Of a stretch of DNA of 64,000 nucleotides, positions 18,401 through 27,911 are shown piece by piece (position 1 is the first letter of the stretch; every line of letters starts with the position of its first letter). The notes below the pieces were generated by a model, which was given only the letters and a program-made list of their open reading frames with translations, was not told the origin of the DNA and searched no databases. This DNA is from Promethearchaeota archaeon. Lineage in GTDB: Archaea > Asgardarchaeota > Lokiarchaeia > Sigyniarchaeales > SOKP01. The stretch spans positions 4,027-68,026 of the forward strand of contig JAEOTP010000016.1 of NCBI GenBank assembly GCA_016839765.1, read 5' to 3'. A program made the position numbers and the translations under genes.

Positions 18401-19474
18401 TTGATATATGTGTCTGATGAAACTTATTTGAAACTAAGAGATTTTCTAAATCAATTTCCTTTAGGGTTTCCTGAAACTTCTTCTCAAGTTGAATTAAAAA
18501 TCTTAAAAAGGCTTTTTAATGAAGAAGAAGCAGAAATAGCGATAGTATTAACCCATATTCCTGAAGAGGCACAAAAAATTGCTAAAAGGATTGAGATGGA
18601 TGTTAAATATTTGGAAGAAAAATTAGAATTAATGGCAAAAAAAGGGTTAATCTTTAGAATGAAAAGGGATAATAAAACCCTCTTTAATGCTATCCCTTTT
18701 ATGATTGGTTTATATGAATATTCCGTTAAAAAAGTAGATAAAGAGCTTGCTAAGTATTATAAAGAATATTATGATGCTGCATATCAAGATGAAATGGGTT
18801 TAAGCAATGTCCCGGGATTTAAAGTAGTCCCTATTGAAGAAACAATTGAACCAAATACTACACTTTATCCTTACCATAAATTAAAAGAGAGTATTAAAAA
18901 TGCAAGAGTAATATCTGTAACAGATTGCATTTGTCGTAAGGAAGCAAAATTAAATGGAGAAGGATGCGATTATCCTATTGAAACCTGTCTTAGTTTTGGA
19001 GTCGCTGCCGAATACTATATTGAAAATGGGATAGGAAGAGAAATAACTGCTGATGAGGCAATCAAAATTATCGAACAAGCTGATGAAGCTGGCTTAGTTC
19101 ATGCTGGAGCAAACTCTAAACATTTATCAAATATATGTAATTGCTGTCCTTGTTGTTGCGGATCAATGAAAGGAATTACAAAGAAAGGACTTGACAAACA
19201 TAAATTTATGAATGCCATGTTTGAATCAATTATAGATGAAGAAATCTGTATTAATTGCGGAACATGTGTTGAACGGTGTCCTGTAGGAGCTATAGAAATG
19301 GAAAATATCGCTGTTGTATCAAGAAAAAAGTGTCTTGGATGTGGATTATGCGCTACAGCGTGTCCTGAAGACGCAATAACTTTACAGTTGAGAGAAGATG
19401 GAGAGGAACCTTTCAATCGAGTGATGGAGATGGGTTTGGCAATCCTAAAAGGAAAAAGAGAGAATCTTAATTAA
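18401..19474 (+). CDS. 4Fe-4S dicluster protein with N-terminal winged-helix-like region
   Basis: DCICR, CLSFG, ICNCCPCCC and C-terminal CINCGTCVERCP / CLGCGLCATACP ferredoxin motifs. Confidence 0.85.
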   Translation: MIYVSDETYLKLRDFLNQFPLGFPETSSQVELKILKRLFNEEEAEIAIVLTHIPEEAQKIAKRIEMDVKYLEEKLELMAKKGLIFRMKRDNKTLFNAIPFMIGLYEYSVKKVDKELAKYYKEYYDAAYQDEMGLSNVPGFKVVPIEETIEPNTTLYPYHKLKESIKNARVISVTDCICRKEAKLNGEGCDYPIETCLSFGVAAEYYIENGIGREITADEAIKIIEQADEAGLVHAGANSKHLSNICNCCPCCCGSMKGITKKGLDKHKFMNAMFESIIDEEICINCGTCVERCPVGAIEMENIAVVSRKKCLGCGLCATACPEDAITLQLREDGEEPFNRVMEMGLAILKGKRENLN

Positions 19475-19571
19475 ATTCATTTGAAAATCAAAAATTCTAT
19501 AGTATCTTTTTTTATTAAATCAGCAATTCATAAGTTATTCTTAATAACTTAAAATAATTTGATTCATAATT

Positions 19572-20735
19572 ATGAGTAAAGTTGGCATTGCCACACTTCC
19601 TCTACATGGTTCTAAAGCTCCTGGTTGGCTTTTAAAAAGAATGGTTATTTTAGGAAGGCCAATTTTCAAAATCTTATATGATATGGAAGGGGCAGATGGT
19701 ATAATTCGTCGATTATCTGATACATTTTGGTTTCAAGGTTTGGCTTGTATTCTAGGGTTTGACTGGCATTCAAGTGGTTGTACTACAGTCTTAGGAGGTG
19801 TCTTAAAACAGATTATTACTCCTGAGGAGCATGGATTAATTATTGCGGGGGGAAAAGGAAAAACTTCTTTAAAAATAAAAGAACACTTAAAAAATAATGC
19901 AAAAAGGTTGGATTTTAGTGATGAAAACATTGAAGAACTAAGCAATATTAGCAGACTGGTGGCAAAAGTAGACAATGCCGCAATTCAGGATGGCTTTTCT
20001 TTATATCATCACTTAATGTTAGTTTCGGAAAAAAATTGGGGAATTATTCAACAAGGGCTTGATACAAATATAAGAAAAGCTAGAAGGTATCATTGGATAT
20101 CTGAAGGATTAGAAAGTTATTTGGATGATCCTCATAGTGATATTAACACAGAAGTATATAAAGATAAAGTACTCAATATGGCATCAAAAGAGAGTTCAGA
20201 TTGCAGAAAAGTTTCTATTGATCTAATATCAGAGGGATCAAAATCAATTCGGCGTTATTTGACAAAACTAAAAAATAAAAACCAAACAAGTTTACAGGAT
20301 TTTATGATAAATAGTGATAAAATCAAATTACAAAAGATTTCAAACTTGAATATGCCAATACCATTCACCTTAAAATGGGAATGCGTGGAAATGGCCAAAG
20401 AACTGACTACAAATGATTATACAGAATTATTAAAAATTCAAGGGATCGGTCCTGGAATGATAAGAGCTTTAGCTCTTATATCAGAATTTATATGGGGTCA
20501 GCCTCCAAGCTGGAAGGACCCTGCCAAGTATTCTTTTGCTGTTGGAGGGAAAGATGGAATTCCCTATCCTGTGAATTTAAAAAGAATGGAACAATGTGCT
20601 GAGATTTTAGAAGAAGCAATAGATTTATCTCACTTAAAGGAGAATGAAAAACTTAATGCTTTAAAAAGATTACATAAATATAAGAGTAGAGCTAACGACT
20701 ATTTTCTACCTAATAGGGAAATGACATTTTATTGA
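19572..20735 (+). CDS. DUF763 family protein
   Basis: LPLHG.KAP.WL..RM, RLSD.FWFQ....LGFDWHSSG.TT, LVAKVD....QDG..LYHH and FAVGGKDG.PYPV motifs. Confidence 0.88.
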   Translation: MSKVGIATLPLHGSKAPGWLLKRMVILGRPIFKILYDMEGADGIIRRLSDTFWFQGLACILGFDWHSSGCTTVLGGVLKQIITPEEHGLIIAGGKGKTSLKIKEHLKNNAKRLDFSDENIEELSNISRLVAKVDNAAIQDGFSLYHHLMLVSEKNWGIIQQGLDTNIRKARRYHWISEGLESYLDDPHSDINTEVYKDKVLNMASKESSDCRKVSIDLISEGSKSIRRYLTKLKNKNQTSLQDFMINSDKIKLQKISNLNMPIPFTLKWECVEMAKELTTNDYTELLKIQGIGPGMIRALALISEFIWGQPPSWKDPAKYSFAVGGKDGIPYPVNLKRMEQCAEILEEAIDLSHLKENEKLNALKRLHKYKSRANDYFLPNREMTFY

Positions 20736-20767
20736 AAATAAAATAAAAAAAGAGAAATAAAAAGAGT

Positions 20768-21292
20768 TTAATATTGTTCTACTTCAATTATATTGGCTTT
20801 GAATCCTTTACCGCAATGAGCACAATAGGCTACTCTTCTATCAGCTAATTGCTGATGCATTCTTTCAGTAAACTCAGCACCACATTCAGTACAGTAAGCA
20901 GCATTAGATTCAAGTTCATAAAATTCTTTTATTACTGGTCGTATATGTTCTACTTCTGGTTCTTTTTGTACTTGGGGAAAAACTTGTTGTTCTTCTTGTT
21001 CTTGTTTAATTGGTCTGGGTTTACCTGAAATGAGATAATATAATGCCTCAAATAGTTTGTAGAATAGGAGTCCAATACTTTTTAGGAGAAGATAGGTACC
21101 TTTTAGAATATAATAAACTAAGTATGCAACTCCTTTTAATATATAGTAAACCAGAATGACAGTAAGAACCAATATCGCAGCAATTCCAATAACAACTAAT
21201 ACTTGACCATAAAGAGGAATAGTTAAAAACCAATTCATAAATTCTTCCCAATAATACATAGCAGTTTCAGCAACCTTATTCCAATCAACCAT
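20768..21292 (-). CDS. Membrane protein with C-terminal zinc ribbon
   Basis: Long hydrophobic N-terminal half; CTECG ... CAHCG. Confidence 0.7.
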   Translation of the reverse strand: MVDWNKVAETAMYYWEEFMNWFLTIPLYGQVLVVIGIAAILVLTVILVYYILKGVAYLVYYILKGTYLLLKSIGLLFYKLFEALYYLISGKPRPIKQEQEEQQVFPQVQKEPEVEHIRPVIKEFYELESNAAYCTECGAEFTERMHQQLADRRVAYCAHCGKGFKANIIEVEQY

Positions 21293-21419
21293 CTATTTAC
21301 CACCTTTATTGAAATTTTTTGTATTTTTAATTATTGAGTGTTTTTAGCGGAATAAAAAAAATTTGGAGTCCAATTTTTGGGATTATCCTAAATAGGTTAA
21401 AAAATAAGGTGTACTAAAT

Positions 21420-22805
21420 TTAACAATTTGATTTCTTAAAATCGTACATCATTTTAAATGCTTTAATGGTATGATTTATTTGAGTCATTATAGGAATGTT
21501 ATATTTATCAGTATATTTTAAAAAATAATCTACAACCCATCTTGAACCAAAAACGCAAGTGATAATTGGTTTCTCGTATTTATATGAAAGTTTTTTCATA
21601 TCTTTCATATGGGGCATAATTGGTATAGAAAAGGTTTGAAGCGGTTTTTTAGGGACTGCAAAAATATATAATAATGCATCAACATTTTTATCTTCAAATA
21701 AAGCATTTAAAGCAGGGCGAAATGTAGAGAATAACGAGGGTCCTAAATCCACAGGGTTATTTATCGATGTCCATGTGGGAGAAATTGATTCTAAAGCTTT
21801 AACCGTATGTTTATCTAATATTGCGAGTTTTAATCCTAACTTTTCAATTAGATCGCATGCAAGTATACCTAAACTTCCCGATGTAGTTATTATTGCAATA
21901 TTTTTTCCCTTAGGTAGAGGTTGATTGGCAAACACTTGTGCGATATTAAACATCTCAAAAAAATCAGTAACTCGAAATACATTTGGAAATTTTTTAAAAA
22001 CTGCATCATATATTTTATCATTACCAGCAATAGAGCCTGTATGGCTTTTTATTGCTCTTGATCCTGAATCACTACGTCCATTTTTTAAGATTAATACTGG
22101 TTTACTCATCTTTTTGAAAACTTTTAATAATTCTTGACCTCTTTTAACCCCCTCTAAGTAAATTGTGATTACATCTGTATTTGGATCCTTTTCAAGGTAT
22201 TCTAGCATATCAACCTCATCAACATCAACTTTATTCCCTAAAGTTATTGATTTAGAAAAACTAATTTTTTGATTAGACCCCCAATCAATAAAGATATTCC
22301 CTAATACTCCAGATTGAGCAATTATCGAAATTTTTCCTCCCTCTAATGTGTCACTAAAGTCTACTTCAGCACTAGTGAACTTGTTATAGAAATTCGTTAC
22401 ACCAACGCAGTTTGGACCTATAATCCTGATTCCAGTAGTTTTGGCAATTCTTTCAATTTCATTTTGGATTTCAATATACTTTTTAATCCCTGTTTCAGTA
22501 AATCCAGCAGATTCGATAATAATACCCTTAACTCCTTTTTCCACACAATTTTTTACTGATTCAAGGACCATATCGTTATTAACAATAATAATTGCTAAGT
22601 CAATATCCTCCGGAATTTCCGCAACATTTTTATAAGTCTTATGCCCAAAAATAGTATCTTTATTAGGGTTCACTGGATAAGTTTTAAAATCAGATTGTAA
22701 GAGATATTCGGTTGTCCAATATCCAAATTTAAATGATTCTGAAGCACCAATAAGGGCAATAGATTTTGGTTCAAAAAATACATCCATATTAGAAATAGAA
22801 ATCAC
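21420..22805 (-). CDS. acdA: ADP-forming acyl-CoA synthetase alpha subunit (CoA-binding)
   Basis: PKSIALIGAS, YPVNP, IIGPNC.G, QSG, GNKVDV, YLEG, LKNGRS..GSRAIKSHTG (phospho-His) and NNPVDL. The start is probably the internal ATG (MDVFF). Confidence 0.88.
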   Translation of the reverse strand: MISISNMDVFFEPKSIALIGASESFKFGYWTTEYLLQSDFKTYPVNPNKDTIFGHKTYKNVAEIPEDIDLAIIIVNNDMVLESVKNCVEKGVKGIIIESAGFTETGIKKYIEIQNEIERIAKTTGIRIIGPNCVGVTNFYNKFTSAEVDFSDTLEGGKISIIAQSGVLGNIFIDWGSNQKISFSKSITLGNKVDVDEVDMLEYLEKDPNTDVITIYLEGVKRGQELLKVFKKMSKPVLILKNGRSDSGSRAIKSHTGSIAGNDKIYDAVFKKFPNVFRVTDFFEMFNIAQVFANQPLPKGKNIAIITTSGSLGILACDLIEKLGLKLAILDKHTVKALESISPTWTSINNPVDLGPSLFSTFRPALNALFEDKNVDALLYIFAVPKKPLQTFSIPIMPHMKDMKKLSYKYEKPIITCVFGSRWVVDYFLKYTDKYNIPIMTQINHTIKAFKMMYDFKKSNC

Positions 22806-22935
22806 GATTTAACTTTTTAATTTAGAAATTAATATATAGATTACCTTGAGCAAATAAAAATTATTGTGAAGTTATAATTATTCCAGAATAAACTTAACAG
22901 AAATCAAATTTAAAAATAAAAAAGAATTTTGATTT

Positions 22936-23559
22936 TTATTTACTATGATTTTTTCGTTTCTCTCTCATTATTGTAAAAATTATAGTGATGCATGTTATTA
23001 CGCTACTTCCTAAAAGAAGAGGAATATCATAACTAGGAATTCCTCTAGGAGTTTCATACACATCTTCAAAAGAATATGAGAAGTTTGTGCTTAGCATATC
23101 TTCATCTGCGTTTAAAAAGATAAAATAATAGCCCACTTCTCCAGTACCTTTTCCCCAATATGGATTTTCCCAAGTTCGATCTTGAACTGATACCTCATCT
23201 TTAGAGAGAACTATATAATCTGATTGATAGAGATCATAAAAAAGGCTAAAATCTTCATTTTGATCGTAAAAATCTCCTATAGAACTATCTGAGATTGCTA
23301 AAAAATCGATTAAAACATTTATGTTTGAACTAGTGTAATTGTATTTAACACCCTTAAGATGTAACCCTCCATAATATCCAAGTGATATATATTCTCCAAA
23401 ATCTAACGGTACATCGCTCGCTACGGAATTAATATTCAAAGTATATGGTGAACCTTTTGTGTTAATCCCCGAAGAATAAATATAACTAAAGAAAGGTAAG
23501 AGTGTACTAATTAATCCTATAAAACAAAGAATAAATTTATAGTTTAGATTTTTCTTCAT
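22936..23559 (-). CDS. Secreted/surface protein with Loki-CTERM-like C-terminal anchor
   Basis: N-terminal hydrophobic signal; C-terminal GIPSYD, then a TM helix and a basic tail REKRK. Confidence 0.65.
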   Translation of the reverse strand: MKKNLNYKFILCFIGLISTLLPFFSYIYSSGINTKGSPYTLNINSVASDVPLDFGEYISLGYYGGLHLKGVKYNYTSSNINVLIDFLAISDSSIGDFYDQNEDFSLFYDLYQSDYIVLSKDEVSVQDRTWENPYWGKGTGEVGYYFIFLNADEDMLSTNFSYSFEDVYETPRGIPSYDIPLLLGSSVITCITIIFTIMREKRKNHSK

Positions 23560-23775
23560 GATTTTTGCCTCACAGAGACGTTTTTGATGTTATTAAATAA
23601 TAATAAAAATTCGTAATCGAATATTTAATATTTGTTATCATATTAAATTTTCAAAAAAAGTAATTCTAAATTAGAAATAGAAACCACTTTTTAGTCGGAC
23701 TATTTAACTTTTAATTTAGAAACAAATATATAAATTACCTTAAGTAAATACGAAATTATTTTTAGTGAAGTAATT

Positions 23776-24303
23776 TTGGTAATTGTTAACATTATATGTC
23801 CGATATGTAAAAAGTGTAAGGGTATCAATATTCCCGAGTTCATAAATCCTCAAAAATCACATTTACTTACCATCTCAATACCAAAAGGAATGATTTGTGA
23901 ACATCATTTTCAGGTATTTGTAGACAAAAACTATAACATTCGGGGATACCAAAAAGTAGACATCGAATTAAAAAATAGTGTTATTAATAGAGATTTGGAG
24001 GACCATGACATATCAAAGCACTTCACAATTGAAGATAATCTTATTAAATTTGATCCAAAATCTATTAATTACAACAAGGAAGACGCTTTAGAAATAGAAG
24101 ATAAATTTGATAAGAATAAAGTGATGTCTCTAAAAGACATTTATAATGAATTTTGGGAATTTATTGATAATAAAAATTCCTTTTTCAGTGAGTTTATAAA
24201 ACATGATAAAAGAAGAAAAATTTCAGACCTAGAAAATGAGAATTTGAATGTTAAGGATTTTATCTTGAGTCTCGAAAATGAAATCCAAAACAATAATCCC
24301 TAA
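23776..24303 (+). CDS. Hypothetical protein with N-terminal Cys/His zinc-binding motif
   Basis: ICPIC ... IPKGMICEHHFQVFVDKNY.IRGYQKVD. Confidence 0.65.
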   Translation: MVIVNIICPICKKCKGINIPEFINPQKSHLLTISIPKGMICEHHFQVFVDKNYNIRGYQKVDIELKNSVINRDLEDHDISKHFTIEDNLIKFDPKSINYNKEDALEIEDKFDKNKVMSLKDIYNEFWEFIDNKNSFFSEFIKHDKRRKISDLENENLNVKDFILSLENEIQNNNP

Positions 24304-24501
24304 AAAAAAGGAGAATTTGAATTTTTAAAACTGTTATCTTTTTTTAAAATATTTGTATACTGACATTAAGTTTTTAAGATAGAAAATTTACTAATCTTTT
24401 ATATAGAGCTACATAATTTCTAAAATTTAATCATTTAAAAATAAATTTTAATCATTCTTGATTAAGATTTAATTTAATTAACCCTTTGAGAGTATTATGG
24501 A

Positions 24502-25656
24502 ATGAATATCGGTGGATTAATTAAAAAAGAGTTTGGAAGAATTAAATCTGATAAAAGAACTTTAATTTTATTATTTGTTATTCCCGTTATTCTAATTATC
24601 ATATTTGGTCTTACTACTGGAGTAGGGCCAACTAAATTTTTTACCGCAGCAATTATAACTCGGGATGAGATGCCTACTTATGATAATTTTCCCACAAATT
24701 CATCTCAATTTGACGATATATTTATATCAATTATGCAACATAATACAACCACTTGGGATCTTCATCAATTTTTTAATTGCACTAATTTAGAAGATTATGA
24801 TAATGCTTTTGACAAATGTATTCAATTTATTAAAAACGATATTGTGGATGCGTTTATTGTGTTACCTGAAAATTTCTCTGAATCTGTGGAAAACAAAATA
24901 AATCCAGTAGTAATTTATTACATCGATGGTTCAGATATGACTGCTACTAGTTCAATTGAAGTAGCCATCCAAGAACCAATTGCGCTATTTAGAGTGCAAG
25001 CTGATTTACTCGAAAATTTCACAATTATGGTTCCTTATTTAGAATTTGATGTTCCATTCTGGGAATCCCAATTATTAAATTATGCTCTACCCATGATTCT
25101 TCCAATAATAATACTTGGTACTACAATGAATCTAACCTCTCTCTCTATTGTATCCGAAGGTCCCTTACCTAGGATGCTGATTACTCCAACAACAAAGAGG
25201 GAAATTATTTTAAGCAAATTAATAGCAAATACAGCAATCATGATCCTCCAATCTACTGAAATTTTTATAATGTCAGCATTTTTCGGTCTTTATAGCCTTG
25301 GCTCCCTCTTCAATTTATATTTAGTTCTTATTATGATTGGTTTTTGTGGTATTTGCATGGGATTGTTTATATCTGCACTTAGCCCAACAGAACAAGGAGC
25401 AAATCAAATGTATCTCATAATGTTCATCGTTATAATTATGTTTTCCGGATCCTTTATACCACCAGAGCTAATTTCACCAGAGATGCAGTATGTTATTAAT
25501 ATACTTCCCTTAAGTCATGCTTTTCCTTTAGTAACGGACATAATATTAAAGGGTTTAGGGCTAAATTTAGAGCATGTATTAGTTCTGAATCTCAATTCCG
25601 TAATTTTTGTACTTTTAGCTTATGTAATTTATCGATTTAAAAAGATTGAGGTGTAA
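24502..25656 (+). CDS. ABC-2 type permease with extracytoplasmic loop
   Basis: GLIKKEF..IK.DKR, single N-terminal TM, ectodomain, five C-terminal TMs, R.LITPT.KREIILSK, FSG.FIP and ILPLSH. Confidence 0.9.
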   Translation: MNIGGLIKKEFGRIKSDKRTLILLFVIPVILIIIFGLTTGVGPTKFFTAAIITRDEMPTYDNFPTNSSQFDDIFISIMQHNTTTWDLHQFFNCTNLEDYDNAFDKCIQFIKNDIVDAFIVLPENFSESVENKINPVVIYYIDGSDMTATSSIEVAIQEPIALFRVQADLLENFTIMVPYLEFDVPFWESQLLNYALPMILPIIILGTTMNLTSLSIVSEGPLPRMLITPTTKREIILSKLIANTAIMILQSTEIFIMSAFFGLYSLGSLFNLYLVLIMIGFCGICMGLFISALSPTEQGANQMYLIMFIVIIMFSGSFIPPELISPEMQYVINILPLSHAFPLVTDIILKGLGLNLEHVLVLNLNSVIFVLLAYVIYRFKKIEV

Positions 25657-26893
25657 GACAATAGGATCCAGAAGAAGAGCCAAAAAGTTAAGACCTACCA
25701 CAACGAAAAAAAAAAGTATTAAATTACGAGGCTCTTTGTATAGAATTATTCGCCAAATTAAAAAGGAGTTTAAGCTTCTATGGACAGATAAATTCAATTT
25801 AATTCTTGCAATTATTATACCCCCTGTAGTTATCCTCCTCTTTGGGTCCATGTTAAATGCCATACCTCCAACACCCCAGCCTGTTCCATGTGTGGTTATT
25901 TCTTATGATTCTAATACCATTATAAATCCAAATAACTATACAGAATCACGAATAAATAATTATACCATCCCCTACGTGAACGCAGTAAATAAATCAGAAT
26001 TATTAAAACTAGAGCATTTTTATAATGCAAGTGAGGAAATCTACGCTATGGAAACCGCAAGGATGCAATTAATCTCTGGAAAAATTAAGGTAATAATTTC
26101 AATCCCCACAGATTTTTCAGAGTTCATTATATGGGGGCTTCCAGCATTAATTGATTGTATTCCTGATTCTTCAGATGTTCAACATATTCAAGATAATTTA
26201 AATGCGGTATATGATTCTGTGAAGATTTTTATAAATGAGAATAACTTAACTCCGCAATTTATAATCCAAGGTTATGAAGAATTTGCAATACCAGAAGGAT
26301 ATAGTCTTAGATTTAATTATAATGCAACTTTATTACTTTCCTTTATAGCATTTGGCGTATCGATGGTTTTAACAATTCTAGTTGTTGTTCAAGAAAAACC
26401 TGTAGCAAGATTATTACTTACTCCTGTAAAAAGAACTGAGATACTCCTTTCGAAATATTTTGCCTATATGCTTGTTTTAGTTCTCCAAATAATATTGTTA
26501 ATTATTAGCACTATGGTATGTGGATTATATCTTGTAGGAAGTTTATTAAATTTCTTTTTAGCTCTTTATATAGTAGGATTTAGTGGTTTATCAATGGGAT
26601 TGTTTATAAGTAGTATAAGTAAAACAAAAACAGAAGCAAATCAGTTATTTTTTGCTTTTATGATTGTTATTTTATTACTTAGCGGGATTTTTATTCCTAT
26701 TGATGCCATGCCGATATATCTACAAGTATTTGCTTACATACTACCTTTATCCCATGGAGATCCTATGATAAAAAGTGTAGTGACAAAGGGTAAATCTGTA
26801 TTTGGATTTGATTTTTATGTACTTCTAGGCATAAGCTTCCTTTTTCTTATAATATCTTTTATAATATTTAAAAAAAGGAGATACGAGGTGTAA
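25646..26893 (+). CDS. ABC-2 type permease (second subunit); likely true start ATA 25661
   Basis: KKEFKLLWTDK, RLLLTPVKRTEILLSK, LSGIFIPID.MP and ILPLSH. GAGGTG (25648-25653) lies 7 nt before the in-frame ATA at 25661. Confidence 0.88.
   Translation: MRCKTIGSRRRAKKLRPTTTKKKSIKLRGSLYRIIRQIKKEFKLLWTDKFNLILAIIIPPVVILLFGSMLNAIPPTPQPVPCVVISYDSNTIINPNNYTESRINNYTIPYVNAVNKSELLKLEHFYNASEEIYAMETARMQLISGKIKVIISIPTDFSEFIIWGLPALIDCIPDSSDVQHIQDNLNAVYDSVKIFINENNLTPQFIIQGYEEFAIPEGYSLRFNYNATLLLSFIAFGVSMVLTILVVVQEKPVARLLLTPVKRTEILLSKYFAYMLVLVLQIILLIISTMVCGLYLVGSLLNFFLALYIVGFSGLSMGLFISSISKTKTEANQLFFAFMIVILLLSGIFIPIDAMPIYLQVFAYILPLSHGDPMIKSVVTKGKSVFGFDFYVLLGISFLFLIISFIIFKKRRYEV
25648..25653 (+). promoter_or_regulatory. 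Shine-Dalgarno GAGGTG embedded in the last codons (Glu-Val-stop) of the upstream permease
   Basis: The same GAGGTG recurs at 26885, 27902, 31077 and 36017, each 4-7 nt before a downstream start. Confidence 0.6.
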
Positions 26894-26905
26894 GATATAA
26901 GCTCA

Positions 26906-27895
26906 TTGATTCCAAAAAGACCAATGGTTGAAGTTAATAATTTAAATGTAATTTTTGGTAAGGCACATATAGTTCATAATGTTTCGTTTACAGTAAATGA
27001 AGGCGAAGTTATAGGGTTATTCGGAATTTCGGGAGCAGGAAAAACAACAATTATAAGAGTTTTAACATGTCAAATTGATAAAAAGAATTGGAATGGTAAT
27101 GTACGGGTTACAGGTTTATCCCCAGCAAATAAAAAAAACCATCCCAAAATTCTTAGTAATATTGGCTATGTTCCTCAACTTGAACTATTAAATTTATATT
27201 TTGAATTAAGCCCCCTAGTGAATGTAGAAGTATTTACTTCTACTTATGGAATGTCAAAAAAACAAGCGCGAAGAATAGCTAAAGAATTATTTGAAATCTT
27301 AGATATCCCAAAGGATACTTGGAAGAAACGAGTAAAACATATGAGTGGAGGAGAAAAGAAAAGACTATCTATGGCTATTGGTTTAATTCATAATCCAAAT
27401 GTTTTATTTCTTGACGAACCCACTACTGGCGTTGATGCCTCTAAACGCTACGATATTCTTAGCTATTTGAAGAAGCTTAACAAGAAATTAAAAACCACGA
27501 TGTTTATAATCACACATGACTTAGAAGCCGCATTAATATGTGATAAAACTGCAATATTGCGAGAAGGCAAATTATTAGAGTTTGAAACACCCCAAAAATT
27601 AATTTTATCTTTACCAAGTGAGGGTTTAGTTGCAAGATTTACAGTTGAAAATTTAAATGAAGAATTAATTGATATGATAAAAAAGTTTGAACCGATAAGA
27701 AAAGTATTACGAGTAGGAAATGAGGTTATTGAGATTTTGATGGACGATTTTGAACAAAATTTACCAAATCTTATACAATTCTTAATTAATAAAGGTATCA
27801 AAATTAAATCAATGAGTAGGGATATAGCCAGTTTTAGGAGGTTCTTTCAAATTAGGATTCAAGAAGAAGAGGAAAAAGAAAAAACTTTAAATTAA
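26906..27895 (+). CDS. ABC transporter ATP-binding protein; possible start ATA 26897
   Basis: Walker A GISGAGKT, Q-loop GYVPQ, signature MSGGEKKR, Walker B LFLDEPT and H-loop ITHD. Confidence 0.95.
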   Translation: MIPKRPMVEVNNLNVIFGKAHIVHNVSFTVNEGEVIGLFGISGAGKTTIIRVLTCQIDKKNWNGNVRVTGLSPANKKNHPKILSNIGYVPQLELLNLYFELSPLVNVEVFTSTYGMSKKQARRIAKELFEILDIPKDTWKKRVKHMSGGEKKRLSMAIGLIHNPNVLFLDEPTTGVDASKRYDILSYLKKLNKKLKTTMFIITHDLEAALICDKTAILREGKLLEFETPQKLILSLPSEGLVARFTVENLNEELIDMIKKFEPIRKVLRVGNEVIEILMDDFEQNLPNLIQFLINKGIKIKSMSRDIASFRRFFQIRIQEEEEKEKTLN

Positions 27896-27911
27896 AAAAA
27901 AGAGGTGTTGA